Below are positions 36,704 through 47,409 of a stretch of DNA of 63,925 bases, piece by piece (the stretch's first letter is position 1; the number at the start of each line of letters is the position of its first letter). Origin of the DNA: an uncultured Eubacteriaceae bacterium. Its GTDB lineage: Bacteria > Bacillota > Clostridia > Eubacteriales > UBA1433. Below the pieces are notes generated by a model that worked only from the letters and a program-made list of their open reading frames with translations, was not told the DNA's origin and searched no databases. The stretch is taken from NCBI GenBank assembly GCA_937880125.1, contig CALFLU010000103.1, positions 1-63,925 on the forward strand. The letters are read 5' to 3'. The translations under genes were made by a program, and so were the position numbers.

Positions 36704-38071
36704 ATGAATACACTCTATGAAAAAATCGGCCTTTTTGTCCCTGAAATTCTTCTTCCCGCAAAGGACATTGATTTGTCTGCATGGTCTGTTGTCGCCGTGG
36801 ATCAATACACTTCGCAACCTGAATATTGGCAACAAACCGCAGCACAAAGCGCCCAAAAACCTTCCACCTTGCATATGGTCCTGCCTGAAATTTATTTGCG
36901 CCCGCAAGGCAACGAAGAGCAAATCAAAACCATCAATGCAACCATGGCAGACTATTTGTCTAAAGGCATTCTGCGCAAAATGCAGCCCGGCTTTGTGCTG
37001 ATTGATCGCGCCACTCCCATCAACCCCTCCAGAAAGGGGCTGTTGGTGGCACTGGATTTGGAGCAATACGATTTTTCTCCCGCTTCGCAAAGCCTGATTC
37101 GCGCAACCGAAGGCACCGTGTTGGACCGTCTTCCCCCTCGTGTAAAAATCAGGCAAGACGCTCTTCTTGAGATTCCTCATATTTTGATGCTTATTGACGA
37201 CCCCGATAAAACAGTCATTGAACCTCTCTTTCATCATATCGATTCTTTTGAGAATATCTACGATTTCGATTTAATGCAAGGCGGAGGTCACTTGACAGGC
37301 TGGTTTATCAAGGACTCTTCTTTGCTGAACGGTGTTGCTGATGCACTGGCAACGCTTGCTTCACCGACACATTTTCAAAGCCAATACGGATTAGACGACA
37401 CAAAAGGCGTATTACTTTATGCCGCAGGCGACGGCAATCACTCCCTCGCCTCCGCCAAAACCCATTGGGAAAATATCAAGCGCTCCGCCGAATATGATTC
37501 AAATACTTACCACCCTGCCCGCTATGCCTTGGTTGAATTGGTAAATATTCACGATACGGGCGTTATTTTTGAGCCTATTCATCGTGTTGTGTTTAATGTT
37601 CCCATTTCTTCTTTTCTCTCAGACGTTGCCGAGGAGGGTGTCGATATTTTGCAATTCGACAGCCAAACGGCAATGAACAAAGAATTAAAACACCTGCAAG
37701 CTACAGCTCAATCCAACAAAGACAGCAATGCGCCTATGCAGCTTATTCCCTTTGTTACAGCCCAAACACACGGCATCCTCATCTTTGCCACGCCCACACA
37801 CACGTTAGCCGTAGGCAGCCTTCAGCAACTGTTGGATCGTCTTCATGACAAATACAGTGACATGGAAATCGACTATATCCACGGCAACGACGTCGTCGAA
37901 AAATTGGCGTCAAAAGAAAACAACATCGGCTTTTTTCTGCCACCCATGCATAAAAACGATCTTTTTAAGACCATTGCCAAAGACGGTCCTCTTCCGAGGA
38001 AAACCTATTCCATGGGTGAAGCGGAAGAAAAAAGATATTACCTCGAAAGCCGTCTGATTAAACCTCATTAA
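36704..38071 (+). CDS. DUF1015-family protein (conserved, function unknown)
   Basis: 455-aa ORF. Its length and the start pattern (LFVPEILLPAK...DLSAWSVVAVDQYTS) resemble DUF1015 proteins as I remember them. I recognise no catalytic motif. Confidence 0.55.
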   Translation: MNTLYEKIGLFVPEILLPAKDIDLSAWSVVAVDQYTSQPEYWQQTAAQSAQKPSTLHMVLPEIYLRPQGNEEQIKTINATMADYLSKGILRKMQPGFVLIDRATPINPSRKGLLVALDLEQYDFSPASQSLIRATEGTVLDRLPPRVKIRQDALLEIPHILMLIDDPDKTVIEPLFHHIDSFENIYDFDLMQGGGHLTGWFIKDSSLLNGVADALATLASPTHFQSQYGLDDTKGVLLYAAGDGNHSLASAKTHWENIKRSAEYDSNTYHPARYALVELVNIHDTGVIFEPIHRVVFNVPISSFLSDVAEEGVDILQFDSQTAMNKELKHLQATAQSNKDSNAPMQLIPFVTAQTHGILIFATPTHTLAVGSLQQLLDRLHDKYSDMEIDYIHGNDVVEKLASKENNIGFFLPPMHKNDLFKTIAKDGPLPRKTYSMGEAEEKRYYLESRLIKPH

Positions 38072-38121
38072 TCCTCAGAACTTATTAATTGCATCACGGT
38101 GCTTGCGCCCAATGCAACCAA

Positions 38122-38153
38122 TAAAAAAGACACCCTGCGGTGTCTTTTTGTTT
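38122..38153. terminator. bidirectional terminator between the DUF1015 gene (+) and rpsI (-)
   Basis: AGACACC-CTGC-GGTGTCT flanked by an A-run and a T-run. Confidence 0.85.
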
Positions 38154-38156
38154 GTA

Positions 38157-38546
38157 TTAACGTTTTGAGAATTGCGGAGCTCTTCTCGCTTTTTTCAATC
38201 CGTATTTTTTTCGTTCCGTCATTCTTGAGTCTCTTGTCAAAAATCCGGCTTTTTTCAATTCAGCCTTCAATGTGTCGTCAGCTTGCACCAACGCACGCGA
38301 AAGACCATGTTTGATGGCACCTGCCTGCCCGGTAAATCCGCCGCCTTTGACATTTACAAATACGTCATATTTGTTAAGCGCATCGGTAAGAGCAAGCGGT
38401 TGTTTTGCAACAACTTTCAAGGTTTCCATTCCAAAATAGTCATCAATATCTCTTTTGTTAATTGTGAAGTCGCCTTTTCCGGGGCGAAGAATCACACGTG
38501 CGATTGATTTTTTTCTGCGGCCTACAGCCATAAATTGTTCTGCCAT
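38157..38546 (-). CDS. rpsI: 30S ribosomal protein S9
   Basis: 129-aa ORF with [10 protein letters not shown]... and C-terminal [12 protein letters not shown]. Confidence 0.97.
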   Translation of the reverse strand: MAEQFMAVGRRKKSIARVILRPGKGDFTINKRDIDDYFGMETLKVVAKQPLALTDALNKYDVFVNVKGGGFTGQAGAIKHGLSRALVQADDTLKAELKKAGFLTRDSRMTERKKYGLKKARRAPQFSKR

Positions 38547-38559
38547 GTTTGCTCTCCTC

Positions 38560-39003
38560 CTATGCCTTTATTTCCAATTTTTCGGGTTTTTGTGCTGCGT
38601 GAGGATGCTCGCTTCCAGCATATACTTTCAGCTTCTTATACATCTGTCTTCCAAGCGTGTTTTTCGGCAGCATTCCTTTGACTGCTTTTTCCACAACAAA
38701 TTCAGGTTTTTTTTCCATGAGCACCTTATATTGCGTAGATTTAAAACCGCCCGGATACCCGGAATGTCTATGATACATCTTTTGTTCTGCCTTCTTGCCG
38801 GTAAGCACGATTTTATCCGCATTGATAATGATGACATAATCACCTGTATCCAAATGAGGTGTGTAGTACGGTTTGTTTTTACCGCGCAAAATACTTGCTA
38901 CCTGCGTAGCCATTCTACCCAGCGTCAAACCTTCTGCATCAACCACATACCACTTTTGGTCAATATGTTCCGGCTTGGCAATTGTCGTTGTTTTCGTTAA
39001 CAT
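38560..39003 (-). CDS. rplM: 50S ribosomal protein L13
   Basis: The ATG at 39003 follows GGAGGAATTC. The product has [26 protein letters not shown]. Confidence 0.96.
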   Translation of the reverse strand: MLTKTTTIAKPEHIDQKWYVVDAEGLTLGRMATQVASILRGKNKPYYTPHLDTGDYVIIINADKIVLTGKKAEQKMYHRHSGYPGGFKSTQYKVLMEKKPEFVVEKAVKGMLPKNTLGRQMYKKLKVYAGSEHPHAAQKPEKLEIKA

Positions 39004-39069
39004 GAATTCCTCCATCGATTGGTATTATTGACATTCCCGGGGCATTGGGAATATATAATGCCAACGTAT

Positions 39070-39098
39070 ATTTTATAAAATTAATGTTTCATTGTCAA
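39070..39098 (-). promoter_or_regulatory. promoter of rplM-rpsI
   Basis: Minus strand reads TTGACA, 17 nt, TAAAAT. A short hairpin-forming leader follows. Confidence 0.55.
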
Positions 39099-39113
39099 TA
39101 TATACTTGTGCTT

Positions 39114-39848
39114 TTAATAGATGATTTTTTTTAAATATAACCCCCAGGGCGGAAGCGTGGGTCCCGATAGTGTTCGATCCTTTTTATTTAAAATTTCTCC
39201 TATGTCATTGGGGTTAATTTTTCCGATCCCGCAATAAAAGAGCGTTCCGGCAATAATGCGCACCATGTTATATAAAAACCCGTTTCCCGCTACCTCGATG
39301 ACAATCAATTCACCCGACTTTTCCACGGTCAATTCATAAATCTCACGTTCAAAGCTTCGGCACTGGCTGCCCGCCGCACTCATTGCCGAAAAGTCGTGCC
39401 TTCCCACCAAGTGCGTTGCTGCCTGCTGCATCAAGGCCAAATCAATGTATGCAGCATAATGATATGCACGCCGCAAATAAAAAGGCGAAAGCACACGGCG
39501 GTTATAGATTTGATAGCGATATGTTTTTTGTTTTGCACCAAATCGGCTGTGAAATTGACTGTCTCGCTCAAGTGCCTCAACAATGCGAATGTCTTGAGGT
39601 AGTGCACTGTTGAGCGCGTCGGAAAATTTTTCTATGGGGATTTTGGACACCGTAAAAAAATTCGCACATTGTCCAAGGGCATGCACCCCTGCATCGGTGC
39701 GTCCCGCACCGATAATGGACAACTTTTCTCCGACAATGGCTTCAAGCGCTTCTTCAATTTTTTGCTGAACAGAGATGCCGTTAAGCTGCCTTTGCCAGCC
39801 GCAATAGGCGCTGCCGTCATATTCTATGATGATTTGCACGTTGCGCAT
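39114..39848 (-). CDS. truA: tRNA pseudouridine(38-40) synthase TruA
   Basis: 244-aa ORF with IEYDGSAYCGWQRQ and the catalytic GAGRTDAGVHA. Confidence 0.95.
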   Translation of the reverse strand: MRNVQIIIEYDGSAYCGWQRQLNGISVQQKIEEALEAIVGEKLSIIGAGRTDAGVHALGQCANFFTVSKIPIEKFSDALNSALPQDIRIVEALERDSQFHSRFGAKQKTYRYQIYNRRVLSPFYLRRAYHYAAYIDLALMQQAATHLVGRHDFSAMSAAGSQCRSFEREIYELTVEKSGELIVIEVAGNGFLYNMVRIIAGTLFYCGIGKINPNDIGEILNKKDRTLSGPTLPPWGLYLKKIIY

Positions 39849-39869
39849 AGAGCCGTCTCCTCACCTTGT

Positions 39870-40691
39870 TTATTGAATGGGAATGCGCATTAAAGGCAAA
39901 AATCTGCTGGCAATAATCATGGCCACCATCACCGCTGTTATGATATAAGCAATTTTGTCGTTTTTATCATACTCCAACTCGTACAGGCGTGTTCTGTTAT
40001 TCCCGCCTCTGTAACATCTTGCCTCCATTGCCATGGCAAGCTCATCTGCCCGTTTAAAGGACCCTATAAAAAGCGGCACCAAAATCGGCACAATATTTTT
40101 CGCTTTTTTCAAAATTCCACCGGTTTCAAAATCAGCCCCGCGCGCCTTTTGCGCTTTCATGATTTTATCCGCCTCTTCCATCAATGTCGGAATAAAGCGC
40201 AGTGCAATGGTCATCATCATCGACAACTCATGGGCATAACTGCGCACCCCGGGAATCACCTTCATGCAATATTCCATGCCGTCAGTGAGTGCAATGGGTG
40301 AGGTGGTCAGTGTCATCAGCGATGTGCCGATAATCAGCAATGTCAAACGAATAGCCATAAAAGCGGCATTAATTAACCCCGCATCCGTCACCTTCAAAGC
40401 GCCGATTCGCAACAGCACATTGCCCGGCGTTACAAACACATTTAATATGACTGTTATCAAAATAATAATTAAGATTGCTTTGACGCTTTTAAAAACAAAT
40501 TTCAGCGGAATATTGGACATGGCAATCAAAAATCCGAGAAACGCCACACCCAGCGCATAGCCTACATAGTTGTTGGCAAAAAATAAAATAATGATATAGA
40601 CAAACGTATAAACAATCTTGGTGCGCGGGTCCAAATCGTGTATCTTTGATTGAACGGGATAGTATTGACCGATGGTTATATCTTTAAACAC
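39870..40691 (-). CDS. ecfT: ECF transporter transmembrane (T) component
   Basis: 273-aa polytopic ORF with the conserved ARG motifs (QKARGADFE, AMEARCY). It follows the two ecfA genes. Confidence 0.9.
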   Translation of the reverse strand: MFKDITIGQYYPVQSKIHDLDPRTKIVYTFVYIIILFFANNYVGYALGVAFLGFLIAMSNIPLKFVFKSVKAILIIILITVILNVFVTPGNVLLRIGALKVTDAGLINAAFMAIRLTLLIIGTSLMTLTTSPIALTDGMEYCMKVIPGVRSYAHELSMMMTIALRFIPTLMEEADKIMKAQKARGADFETGGILKKAKNIVPILVPLFIGSFKRADELAMAMEARCYRGGNNRTRLYELEYDKNDKIAYIITAVMVAMIIASRFLPLMRIPIQ

Positions 40692-41554
40692 GGCTTGCCC
40701 TCCCCGCTTTTTAACGCGCGCAAAATATCTTCTTTTGCTTCTTCCGGCATGAAAATTTTGTCATCTACATCCAACCCGGCTTTTTTCAATGCCCGCATCA
40801 AATATAAAATATCCGGTGCACTCAGTCCTATTTCGTCCAGCTTTTCAACCTGTGTAAAAACCTCCGCAGGCGGTGCATCCATCAAAATTTGTCCTTTCGA
40901 CATGACAATGACGCGGTCTGCCAATGTTGCAACTTCGTCCATGTTATGACTGACCAGCACGACGGTTGTTTGCTGTTTTTCGTGCAACTGATTGATGCTG
41001 CGAAGAATGTCTTCTTTGCCGTAGGGGTCTAAGCCCGCAGTGGGCTCGTCCAAAATCAAAATTTCCGGTTTCATCGAAAGCACCCCTGCAATGGCCACAC
41101 GGCGCATTTGCCCGCCCGAAAGTTCAAAAGGTGAACGCTCTTTGTAGGTATCAAAATCCAAGCCCACCACTTCCATGGCGTCCTTGACACGATTTTCAAT
41201 TTCTTCTTCCGTGAGCCCCAGGTTTTTGGGACCGAAAGCAATATCTTTGTAAATGGTTTCTTCAAAAAGTTGATGTTCCGCATATTGAAACACAAGTCCC
41301 ACTTTTCTGCGCAATGCCAGTTTGTCACCCTTCGCACCCGACATTTCCACGCCGTCCACCAAAACACTTCCTTGTGTGGGCGTCAACAATCCGTTCAGAT
41401 GTTGAATCAACGTGGATTTACCGGACCCCGTGTGACCGATAATGCCGATAAATTCATCCTTCTCAATGGAAAAATGAATATCTTTTAATGCGGCAAATTC
41501 GAATGGTGTTCCCTGTGCATAAATATGTGATACATCAATCAGCTGGACGGACAT
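40676..41554 (-). CDS. ecfA2: ECF transporter ATPase EcfA2
   Basis: 292-aa ABC ATPase with [22 protein letters not shown] and ILILDEPT. Confidence 0.9.
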   Translation of the reverse strand: MSVQLIDVSHIYAQGTPFEFAALKDIHFSIEKDEFIGIIGHTGSGKSTLIQHLNGLLTPTQGSVLVDGVEMSGAKGDKLALRRKVGLVFQYAEHQLFEETIYKDIAFGPKNLGLTEEEIENRVKDAMEVVGLDFDTYKERSPFELSGGQMRRVAIAGVLSMKPEILILDEPTAGLDPYGKEDILRSINQLHEKQQTTVVLVSHNMDEVATLADRVIVMSKGQILMDAPPAEVFTQVEKLDEIGLSAPDILYLMRALKKAGLDVDDKIFMPEEAKEDILRALKSGEGKPCLKI

Positions 41555-42375
41555 AAGTTTTTCACCAGCTCATCTACCGTTAAAATACCCTCCGGTATTG
41601 CGAGTCCTTCTTTTTTTAGTTGGTGGGCAAGATTGGTGATATTGGGTACATCCAAAAAAACCGATTGCAGTTCTTCAACCCGTGCAAAAACTTCTTTTGG
41701 TGTTCCTTGCATCAAAATATCCCCTTGATTCAACACAACCACACGATCTGCCTCGACAATTTCTTCCATATAATGCGTGATGTAGACCACGGTTGTATTG
41801 TTTTCTTTATTCAACTGCTTGATGCACGCCAGCACTTCTTCTCTGCCGGAAGGATCCAGCATTGCGGTTGCTTCGTCGAATATAATACACCGCGGTTCCA
41901 TGGCCAATATGCCCGCTATGGCAATTCGTTGTTTTTGTCCGCCGGAAAGTTGATGGGGTTTGCGATCTTTAAACTCGCTCATACGCACCTTTTCCAGCGC
42001 CTCATCTACACGTTTTCGTATCTCTGAGGGCTCCACGCCCAGGTTTTCAGGGCCAAAGGCCACGTCTTCTTCCACAATGGTGGCAACAATTTGGTTGTCG
42101 GGATTTTGAAACACAATGCCTGCCTTTTGCCTAATTTCCCATATCATGTTTTCGTCTTTTGTGTTCATCCCGTAAACAAAAATATCCCCTTTTGTGGGCA
42201 TAATAATACCGTTGATCAATTTTGCAAGAGTGCTTTTGCCACTGCCGTTATGACCAATGATGCCGACGAATTCACCTTCATAAATATCCAGGCTCAAATC
42301 GTATATCGCTGTGATTTCTTCTTCGTCGCGATCATATTTATATTGTAAGTTTTTTATTTCAATCGCCTTTTGCAT
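41539..42375 (-). CDS. ecfA1: ECF transporter ATPase EcfA1
   Basis: 278-aa ABC ATPase with [22 protein letters not shown] and CIIFDEAT. It is the first gene after rplQ. Confidence 0.9.
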   Translation of the reverse strand: MQKAIEIKNLQYKYDRDEEEITAIYDLSLDIYEGEFVGIIGHNGSGKSTLAKLINGIIMPTKGDIFVYGMNTKDENMIWEIRQKAGIVFQNPDNQIVATIVEEDVAFGPENLGVEPSEIRKRVDEALEKVRMSEFKDRKPHQLSGGQKQRIAIAGILAMEPRCIIFDEATAMLDPSGREEVLACIKQLNKENNTTVVYITHYMEEIVEADRVVVLNQGDILMQGTPKEVFARVEELQSVFLDVPNITNLAHQLKKEGLAIPEGILTVDELVKNLCPSS

Positions 42376-42384
42376 TATGGTTAC

Positions 42385-42424
42385 CTGTTTTAAGAAAGAG
42401 AGGAGTAGCTTTGGCTACTCCTCT
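42385..42424 (-). terminator. terminator/attenuator hairpin at the end of rplQ
   Basis: Minus strand reads AGAGGAGUAGC-CAAA-GCUACUCCUCU followed by CUUUCUUAAAA. The rplQ stop codon lies in the stem. Confidence 0.65.
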
Positions 42425-42786
42425 TTCGCTGCTATCGCACTGCTCTCTGTTAATCTGAGGATTGCCATTTCCGCGCCATCCCCTTTTCTAGTCCCCAATT
42501 TATAAATGCGCGTATATCCGCCTTCTCTTGCTGCATTGGCCGGTGCAATTTCCGTGAAAAGTCTGGTTACGACTTTTCTGTCGGTAATATAGCCCAGCGC
42601 CTGGCGTTTTGTGTGCAATGTATTGCGCTTTCCGAGTGTAATCATTTTCTCTGCGATTTTCCCTGTTTCTTTTGCCCGATCAAGTGTCGTGGTAATTTCT
42701 CCATATCTGAAAAAATCTGTTACCAAATTTCTCAGCATCGCTTTTCTTTGATCGGAAGGGCGTCCTAATTTTTTATATCCTGCCAA
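42415..42786 (-). CDS. rplQ: 50S ribosomal protein L17
   Basis: 123-aa ORF with [16 protein letters not shown]. Confidence 0.96.
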   Translation of the reverse strand: MAGYKKLGRPSDQRKAMLRNLVTDFFRYGEITTTLDRAKETGKIAEKMITLGKRNTLHTKRQALGYITDRKVVTRLFTEIAPANAAREGGYTRIYKLGTRKGDGAEMAILRLTESSAIAAKEE

Positions 42787-42801
42787 TTTTTATCCCTCCT
42801 C

Positions 42802-43752
42802 TTATTCGTCACTCTGCTTAAATTTCAGGCCCATCTCAGCCAGTTTTTGTTTTATTTCACTTAAGGATTTTCTGCCCAAGTTGCGAATCTTCATCATCTC
42901 ATCTTCTGTTTTTTCTGTCAGTTCAGAAACATAATTGATGTTTGCGCGTTTTAAGCAGTTGTTGGAGCGTACGGAAAGTTCCAACTCTTCGATGGACATT
43001 TCCAGAACTTTTTCTCTCTTGTTTTCGTCTTTTTCGACCAAAACTTCCATCTCGCCTACTTCGCTTTCCAAATTGATGAACATTTTTAAATGATCATTTA
43101 ATACTTTGGCAGCCAAAGAGATGGCGGCATTGGGCGTAATGGTTCCGTTTGTCCAAATTTGAATGCTCAATTTGTCAAAATCAGTTACATTGCCCACACG
43201 CGTGTCCTGAACCGTAAAGTTTACCTTTTTAACAGGTGTAAAAATAGAGTCCATTGGCAGCGTGTCGATGGTGTCTTTTAAGTCTTTGTTTTTATCCGCC
43301 GGCACATAGCCCCTGCCCTTGGCAATGGTCAGCTCAATGTTGAGCTCCCCTTCTTCGGTCAGTGTGGCGATATGAAGGTCTTTATCAACAATTTCTACAT
43401 CCGAGCTGATTTCAATATCGCCGGCCTTAACTTCGCTCTCGCCTTTTGCTCTGATGTAGGCGGTGGCATATTCTTCTTCACCCAGCATTTTTATTGCCAG
43501 TTTTTTGAGATTCAAAATAATTTGAACCACGTCTTCTTTTACGCCGGGAATGACCGAAAATTCATGCAAAACACCGTCAATTTTAACTTTGCTCACGGCT
43601 GCGCCGGGCAGCGAGGAGAGCATAATACGGCGAAGTGAGTTGCCCAGCGTAATGCCGTACCCTCGTTCAAGAGGTTCTACAACAAACTCTCCGTAGGTGC
43701 CTTCTTCATTTAAATTCTGTATTTCTATTCTTGGTTTTTCGAATTGAATCAT
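42802..43752 (-). CDS. rpoA: DNA-directed RNA polymerase subunit alpha
   Basis: 316-aa ORF with [27 protein letters not shown] and C-terminal domain [16 protein letters not shown]. Confidence 0.97.
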   Translation of the reverse strand: MIQFEKPRIEIQNLNEEGTYGEFVVEPLERGYGITLGNSLRRIMLSSLPGAAVSKVKIDGVLHEFSVIPGVKEDVVQIILNLKKLAIKMLGEEEYATAYIRAKGESEVKAGDIEISSDVEIVDKDLHIATLTEEGELNIELTIAKGRGYVPADKNKDLKDTIDTLPMDSIFTPVKKVNFTVQDTRVGNVTDFDKLSIQIWTNGTITPNAAISLAAKVLNDHLKMFINLESEVGEMEVLVEKDENKREKVLEMSIEELELSVRSNNCLKRANINYVSELTEKTEDEMMKIRNLGRKSLSEIKQKLAEMGLKFKQSDE

Positions 43753-43792
43753 TCTACCCCTCCGTATTCTTTTTTTCTTTGATGGGGTCTGA

Positions 43793-44419
43793 CTACTTAG
43801 AGTAGTACTCTACGATAAGATTGTCTTTGATCTCAAGGCCAATATCTTCACGTGTCGGCATTGCAACAACTTTACCGGACATTTTTTCATAATCCGCATC
43901 CAGCCATTTCGGGAGAATTCTTCCCGTTGCCGCTTCTGCCAGGATTTTAAATTTCGGGCTCTTTTTGCTGTTGTCTTTCACAGCAATGCTCATGGATTCT
44001 TTGACCAAAAACGAAGGGATATTTACTTTCTTTCCGTCGACCAAAAAATGTCCGTGCAAAATAAGCTGGCGTGCTTCTTTTCTCGAAGAAGCAAATCCCA
44101 GTCTATACACCACATTGTCCAGTCTGGATTCCAAAATTCTCAAAAGGTTTTCGCCGGTAACGCCGGGTTGTTTTTCCGCCAGTGTAAAATAGTTGCTGAA
44201 CTGCTTTTCCAAAACGCCGTAAAATCTTCTTGCCTTTTGTTTTTCGCGCAGCTGCATGCCGTATTCGCTTACTTTTGTGCGTCTGTTTCCGTGCTGACCG
44301 GGTGCTGTCTTGCGACGATCCAAGGCACATTTCACAGAATAGCAGCGATCACCCTTCAAAAAAAGTTTCTGTTGTTCTTTCCTGCACAATCGACAGGAAG
44401 CATCTATATATCTTGCCAT
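43793..44419 (-). CDS. rpsD: 30S ribosomal protein S4 (Cys4 zinc-finger form)
   Basis: The ATG at 44419 gives [31 protein letters not shown]. The upstream extension to 44467 was rejected. Confidence 0.95.
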   Translation of the reverse strand: MARYIDASCRLCRKEQQKLFLKGDRCYSVKCALDRRKTAPGQHGNRRTKVSEYGMQLREKQKARRFYGVLEKQFSNYFTLAEKQPGVTGENLLRILESRLDNVVYRLGFASSRKEARQLILHGHFLVDGKKVNIPSFLVKESMSIAVKDNSKKSPKFKILAEAATGRILPKWLDADYEKMSGKVVAMPTREDIGLEIKDNLIVEYYSK

Positions 44420-44436
44420 AATTTCAATCCCTTTCC

Positions 44437-44832
44437 TTATACTCTTCTGCGCTTGGGCGGTCTGCAACCGTTGTGCGGAATCGGCGTTACATCCTTAATG
44501 GAAGTAATGTCCAATCCTGCCGCTTGCAGGCTACGAATAGCGCTTTCTCTGCCGGATCCAGGACCCTTAACAAATACGTCTACCGTTTTCAGGCCATGCT
44601 CCATTGCGCGCTTTGCAGCTTCTTCAGCCACAGCCGATGCCGCAAAAGGCGTACTTTTTCTGGAGCCTTTAAACCCCATTTCGCCTGCGCTTGCCCAGGA
44701 AATTGCATTGCCTGCAACATCCGAAATGGTCACAATGGTATTATTAAAACTCGATTTGATATGCGCCTGTCCGCGCTCGATATTCTTTTTAACTTTTTTT
44801 CTTCTTGTTTTAACCGTCTTTTTTACTGCCAT
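44437..44832 (-). CDS. rpsK: 30S ribosomal protein S11
   Basis: 131-aa ORF with [18 protein letters not shown] and C-terminal [13 protein letters not shown]. Confidence 0.97.
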   Translation of the reverse strand: MAVKKTVKTRRKKVKKNIERGQAHIKSSFNNTIVTISDVAGNAISWASAGEMGFKGSRKSTPFAASAVAEEAAKRAMEHGLKTVDVFVKGPGSGRESAIRSLQAAGLDITSIKDVTPIPHNGCRPPKRRRV

Positions 44833-44847
44833 TATAGCCGCTCTCCT

Positions 44848-45216
44848 TTACTTTTTCTTTCTTCCGACAGTCTTTTTGGGTCCCTTGCGTGTTCTGGCAT
44901 TTGTCTTTGTCTTTTGTCCGCGCACAGGGAGCCCTTTTCGATGTCGCATGCCTCTATAACAGCCGATTTCCATCAAACGTTTTACGTTTAATTGCACTTC
45001 ACGTCGCAAATCGCCCTCAACAGCATATTCTTGATCGATCAGCGCTCTTATTTTGTTAACTTCGTCTTCCGTTAAGTCCTTGATCCTGGTATTGGGATCC
45101 ACGCCCGTTTGAGCAAGTATATTTTGAGATGTTTTTTTGCCTACTCCATAAATATAAGTAAGCCCAATTTCAACTCGTTTATCTCGTGGTAAATCTACGC
45201 CGGCTATTCTCGCCAT
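44848..45216 (-). CDS. rpsM: 30S ribosomal protein S13
   Basis: 122-aa ORF starting [26 protein letters not shown]. Confidence 0.97.
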   Translation of the reverse strand: MARIAGVDLPRDKRVEIGLTYIYGVGKKTSQNILAQTGVDPNTRIKDLTEDEVNKIRALIDQEYAVEGDLRREVQLNVKRLMEIGCYRGMRHRKGLPVRGQKTKTNARTRKGPKKTVGRKKK

Positions 45217-45334
45217 CAGCAGTTACACCTCCATTTAAAAATTTAAAATTATTTTGTCTTATTTTTATTTTATATATAGAAAACAAGGTTAGTATAGATA
45301 CTCAGCCGCACCTTGTTTTTCTTTGCGAGCAAAA

Positions 45335-45683
<349 letters not shown>

Positions 45684-45687
<4 letters not shown>

Positions 45688-45986
45688 ATATCGCTCTTTT
45701 CATCTCCCTTATCTTTATCTTCTCCGTTTTGCACGGCGATTTTTTTTCTGATTGCGTGGTTTGTCAAGTTGCCTTGAATGATTTGCTGAAGAATGTCTTC
45801 AAATATTGTGTTGCTCTTCGACAAATGCTTTATTTTCTTTTTCTTAGGCTTTTCAACTTTTCGCATTTTGCCGTCTGCCAAAAGAACATAGTCTTCATCG
45901 ATAACTTCTACGACAACCATCCAGCGATTTTTGTCTCTCCCGGCGAGGGGTTTTACCAGTTGTCCAATTGATAAATACCGTAACAT
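45684..45986 (-). CDS. KOW-domain RNA-binding-like protein of unknown function, between map and infA
   Basis: 100-aa ORF. The N-terminus [22 protein letters not shown] is a KOW-like motif, followed by [13 protein letters not shown] and an acidic tail. Its stop overlaps the infA start by 4 nt. Confidence 0.7.
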
Positions 45987-46002
45987 TATAATTATACCTT
46001 AT

Positions 46003-46752
46003 CTAATGACCCATTGTCAAAATTTCGTATGTGTCCGATTTTATCAGCAGTGTATGTTCATAGTGCGCCGAAAGTTTATTGTCCAGTGTCACCGCCGTCC
46101 ATCCGTCATCCAGCACCCTTACTTCGTGTGTTCCCTGGTTTACCATAGGCTCAATGGCCAGTGTCATATTTTCTCTTAATACCACACCTCTGCCTGCTGT
46201 GCCATAATTGGGAATAGACGGACTCTCATGCATCGCCGAACCAATACCGTGTCCCACATAGTCTCTCACAATCGAAAAGCCGTTTGCTTCCACATAAGCT
46301 TGAATTGTATGTGAGATGTCTCCCAACCTTGCTCCGGCTTTGGCATATTCAACACCTTGCCAAAAACTTTGTTTCGTCACGTCTATGAGACGCTGCGCCT
46401 CCGCAGAAACTGCCCCTACCGGATAAGTGTTTGCCGCATCGCCAAAGTAGCCTTTGTAAATTGCGCCAATGTCCACACTTACAATATCCCCTTCCTTCAA
46501 CACTCTCGTGGAAGGAATCCCGTGAACAATCTCCTCATTGATCGAAATACAGACAGAAGCAGGATAACCCTGATAGTGCAAAAAGGCCGGTGTGCAGTCG
46601 TGGCTTCTGATAACCTCTTCCGCAATTTTATCCAATTCCAAGGTCATTATCCCCGGTCGAATATTTTCTGCCACCGCTTGGTGGGCCAGTGCCGTTACCT
46701 TTCCCGCTCTTCGCATCAAGTCAATTTCTCGTTCTGATTTGATCGTGATCAT
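46003..46752 (-). CDS. map: type I methionine aminopeptidase
   Basis: 249-aa ORF with metal ligands in DIVSVDIGA, GHGIG and TLAIEPM. Confidence 0.96.
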   Translation of the reverse strand: MITIKSEREIDLMRRAGKVTALAHQAVAENIRPGIMTLELDKIAEEVIRSHDCTPAFLHYQGYPASVCISINEEIVHGIPSTRVLKEGDIVSVDIGAIYKGYFGDAANTYPVGAVSAEAQRLIDVTKQSFWQGVEYAKAGARLGDISHTIQAYVEANGFSIVRDYVGHGIGSAMHESPSIPNYGTAGRGVVLRENMTLAIEPMVNQGTHEVRVLDDGWTAVTLDNKLSAHYEHTLLIKSDTYEILTMGH

Positions 46753-47394
46753 CTATTTTAAAGCGCTTTCTATGTCGTGTGTAACATCTTTGATGTCTTG
46801 CTGTCCGTCAATGTTGATGAGTACATTTTTTTCTCGATAATATTCTGTCAACGGATGCGTTTTTTCTTCATATTCAACCAGTCTTTTTTTCACGGTTTCT
46901 TCTGAATCATCAGCGCGTTGATAGAGTTCTCCGCCACACTCGGTGCACTTGTTTTCGGCCTTGTCATCAAGGTATTTTATGTGTGTCGTGGCGCCGCAGT
47001 TTTTGCACACCCTGCGCCCTGTGATGCGTTCCGTCAAAATCGAAAAATCCACTTCGATATTGATTACCGCATCAATTTTTTTGCCCATTGCATCCAGCGT
47101 CTCTTCCAACGCCTTTGCCTGGGTAATGGAGCGGGGAAAGCCGTCCAACATAAAACCCTTTTGCACATCAGGCCATGTGAGCCTGTCGGCTATCAGTTCT
47201 ACAACCACTTCATCCGGCACCAAAAGCCCTTGATCCATGTAACCTTGTACTTTCTTGCCCAAGGCAGTGCCTTCTTTTACATTGCTTCTGAAAATATCTC
47301 CCGTTGAGATATGCGGTACTTTTTTAAGCTGTGTGATAAACGCCGCCTGCGTGCCTTTGCCGGCACCGGGAGGTCCTAACAAAATAATATTCAT
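46753..47394 (-). CDS. adk: adenylate kinase (Cys4 lid form)
   Basis: MNIILLGPPGAGKGTQA, with lid CKNCGATTH...CTECGGEL. The ATG at 47394 has the best SD spacing. Confidence 0.96.
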   Translation of the reverse strand: MNIILLGPPGAGKGTQAAFITQLKKVPHISTGDIFRSNVKEGTALGKKVQGYMDQGLLVPDEVVVELIADRLTWPDVQKGFMLDGFPRSITQAKALEETLDAMGKKIDAVINIEVDFSILTERITGRRVCKNCGATTHIKYLDDKAENKCTECGGELYQRADDSEETVKKRLVEYEEKTHPLTEYYREKNVLINIDGQQDIKDVTHDIESALK

Positions 47395-47409
47395 CCGCAT
47401 ACACCTCCT

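Noticed and set aside
44048-44959. 303-aa plus-strand ORF across rpsD, rpsK and rpsM
   Set aside because: It is antisense to three ribosomal protein genes and shows no coding features of its own.
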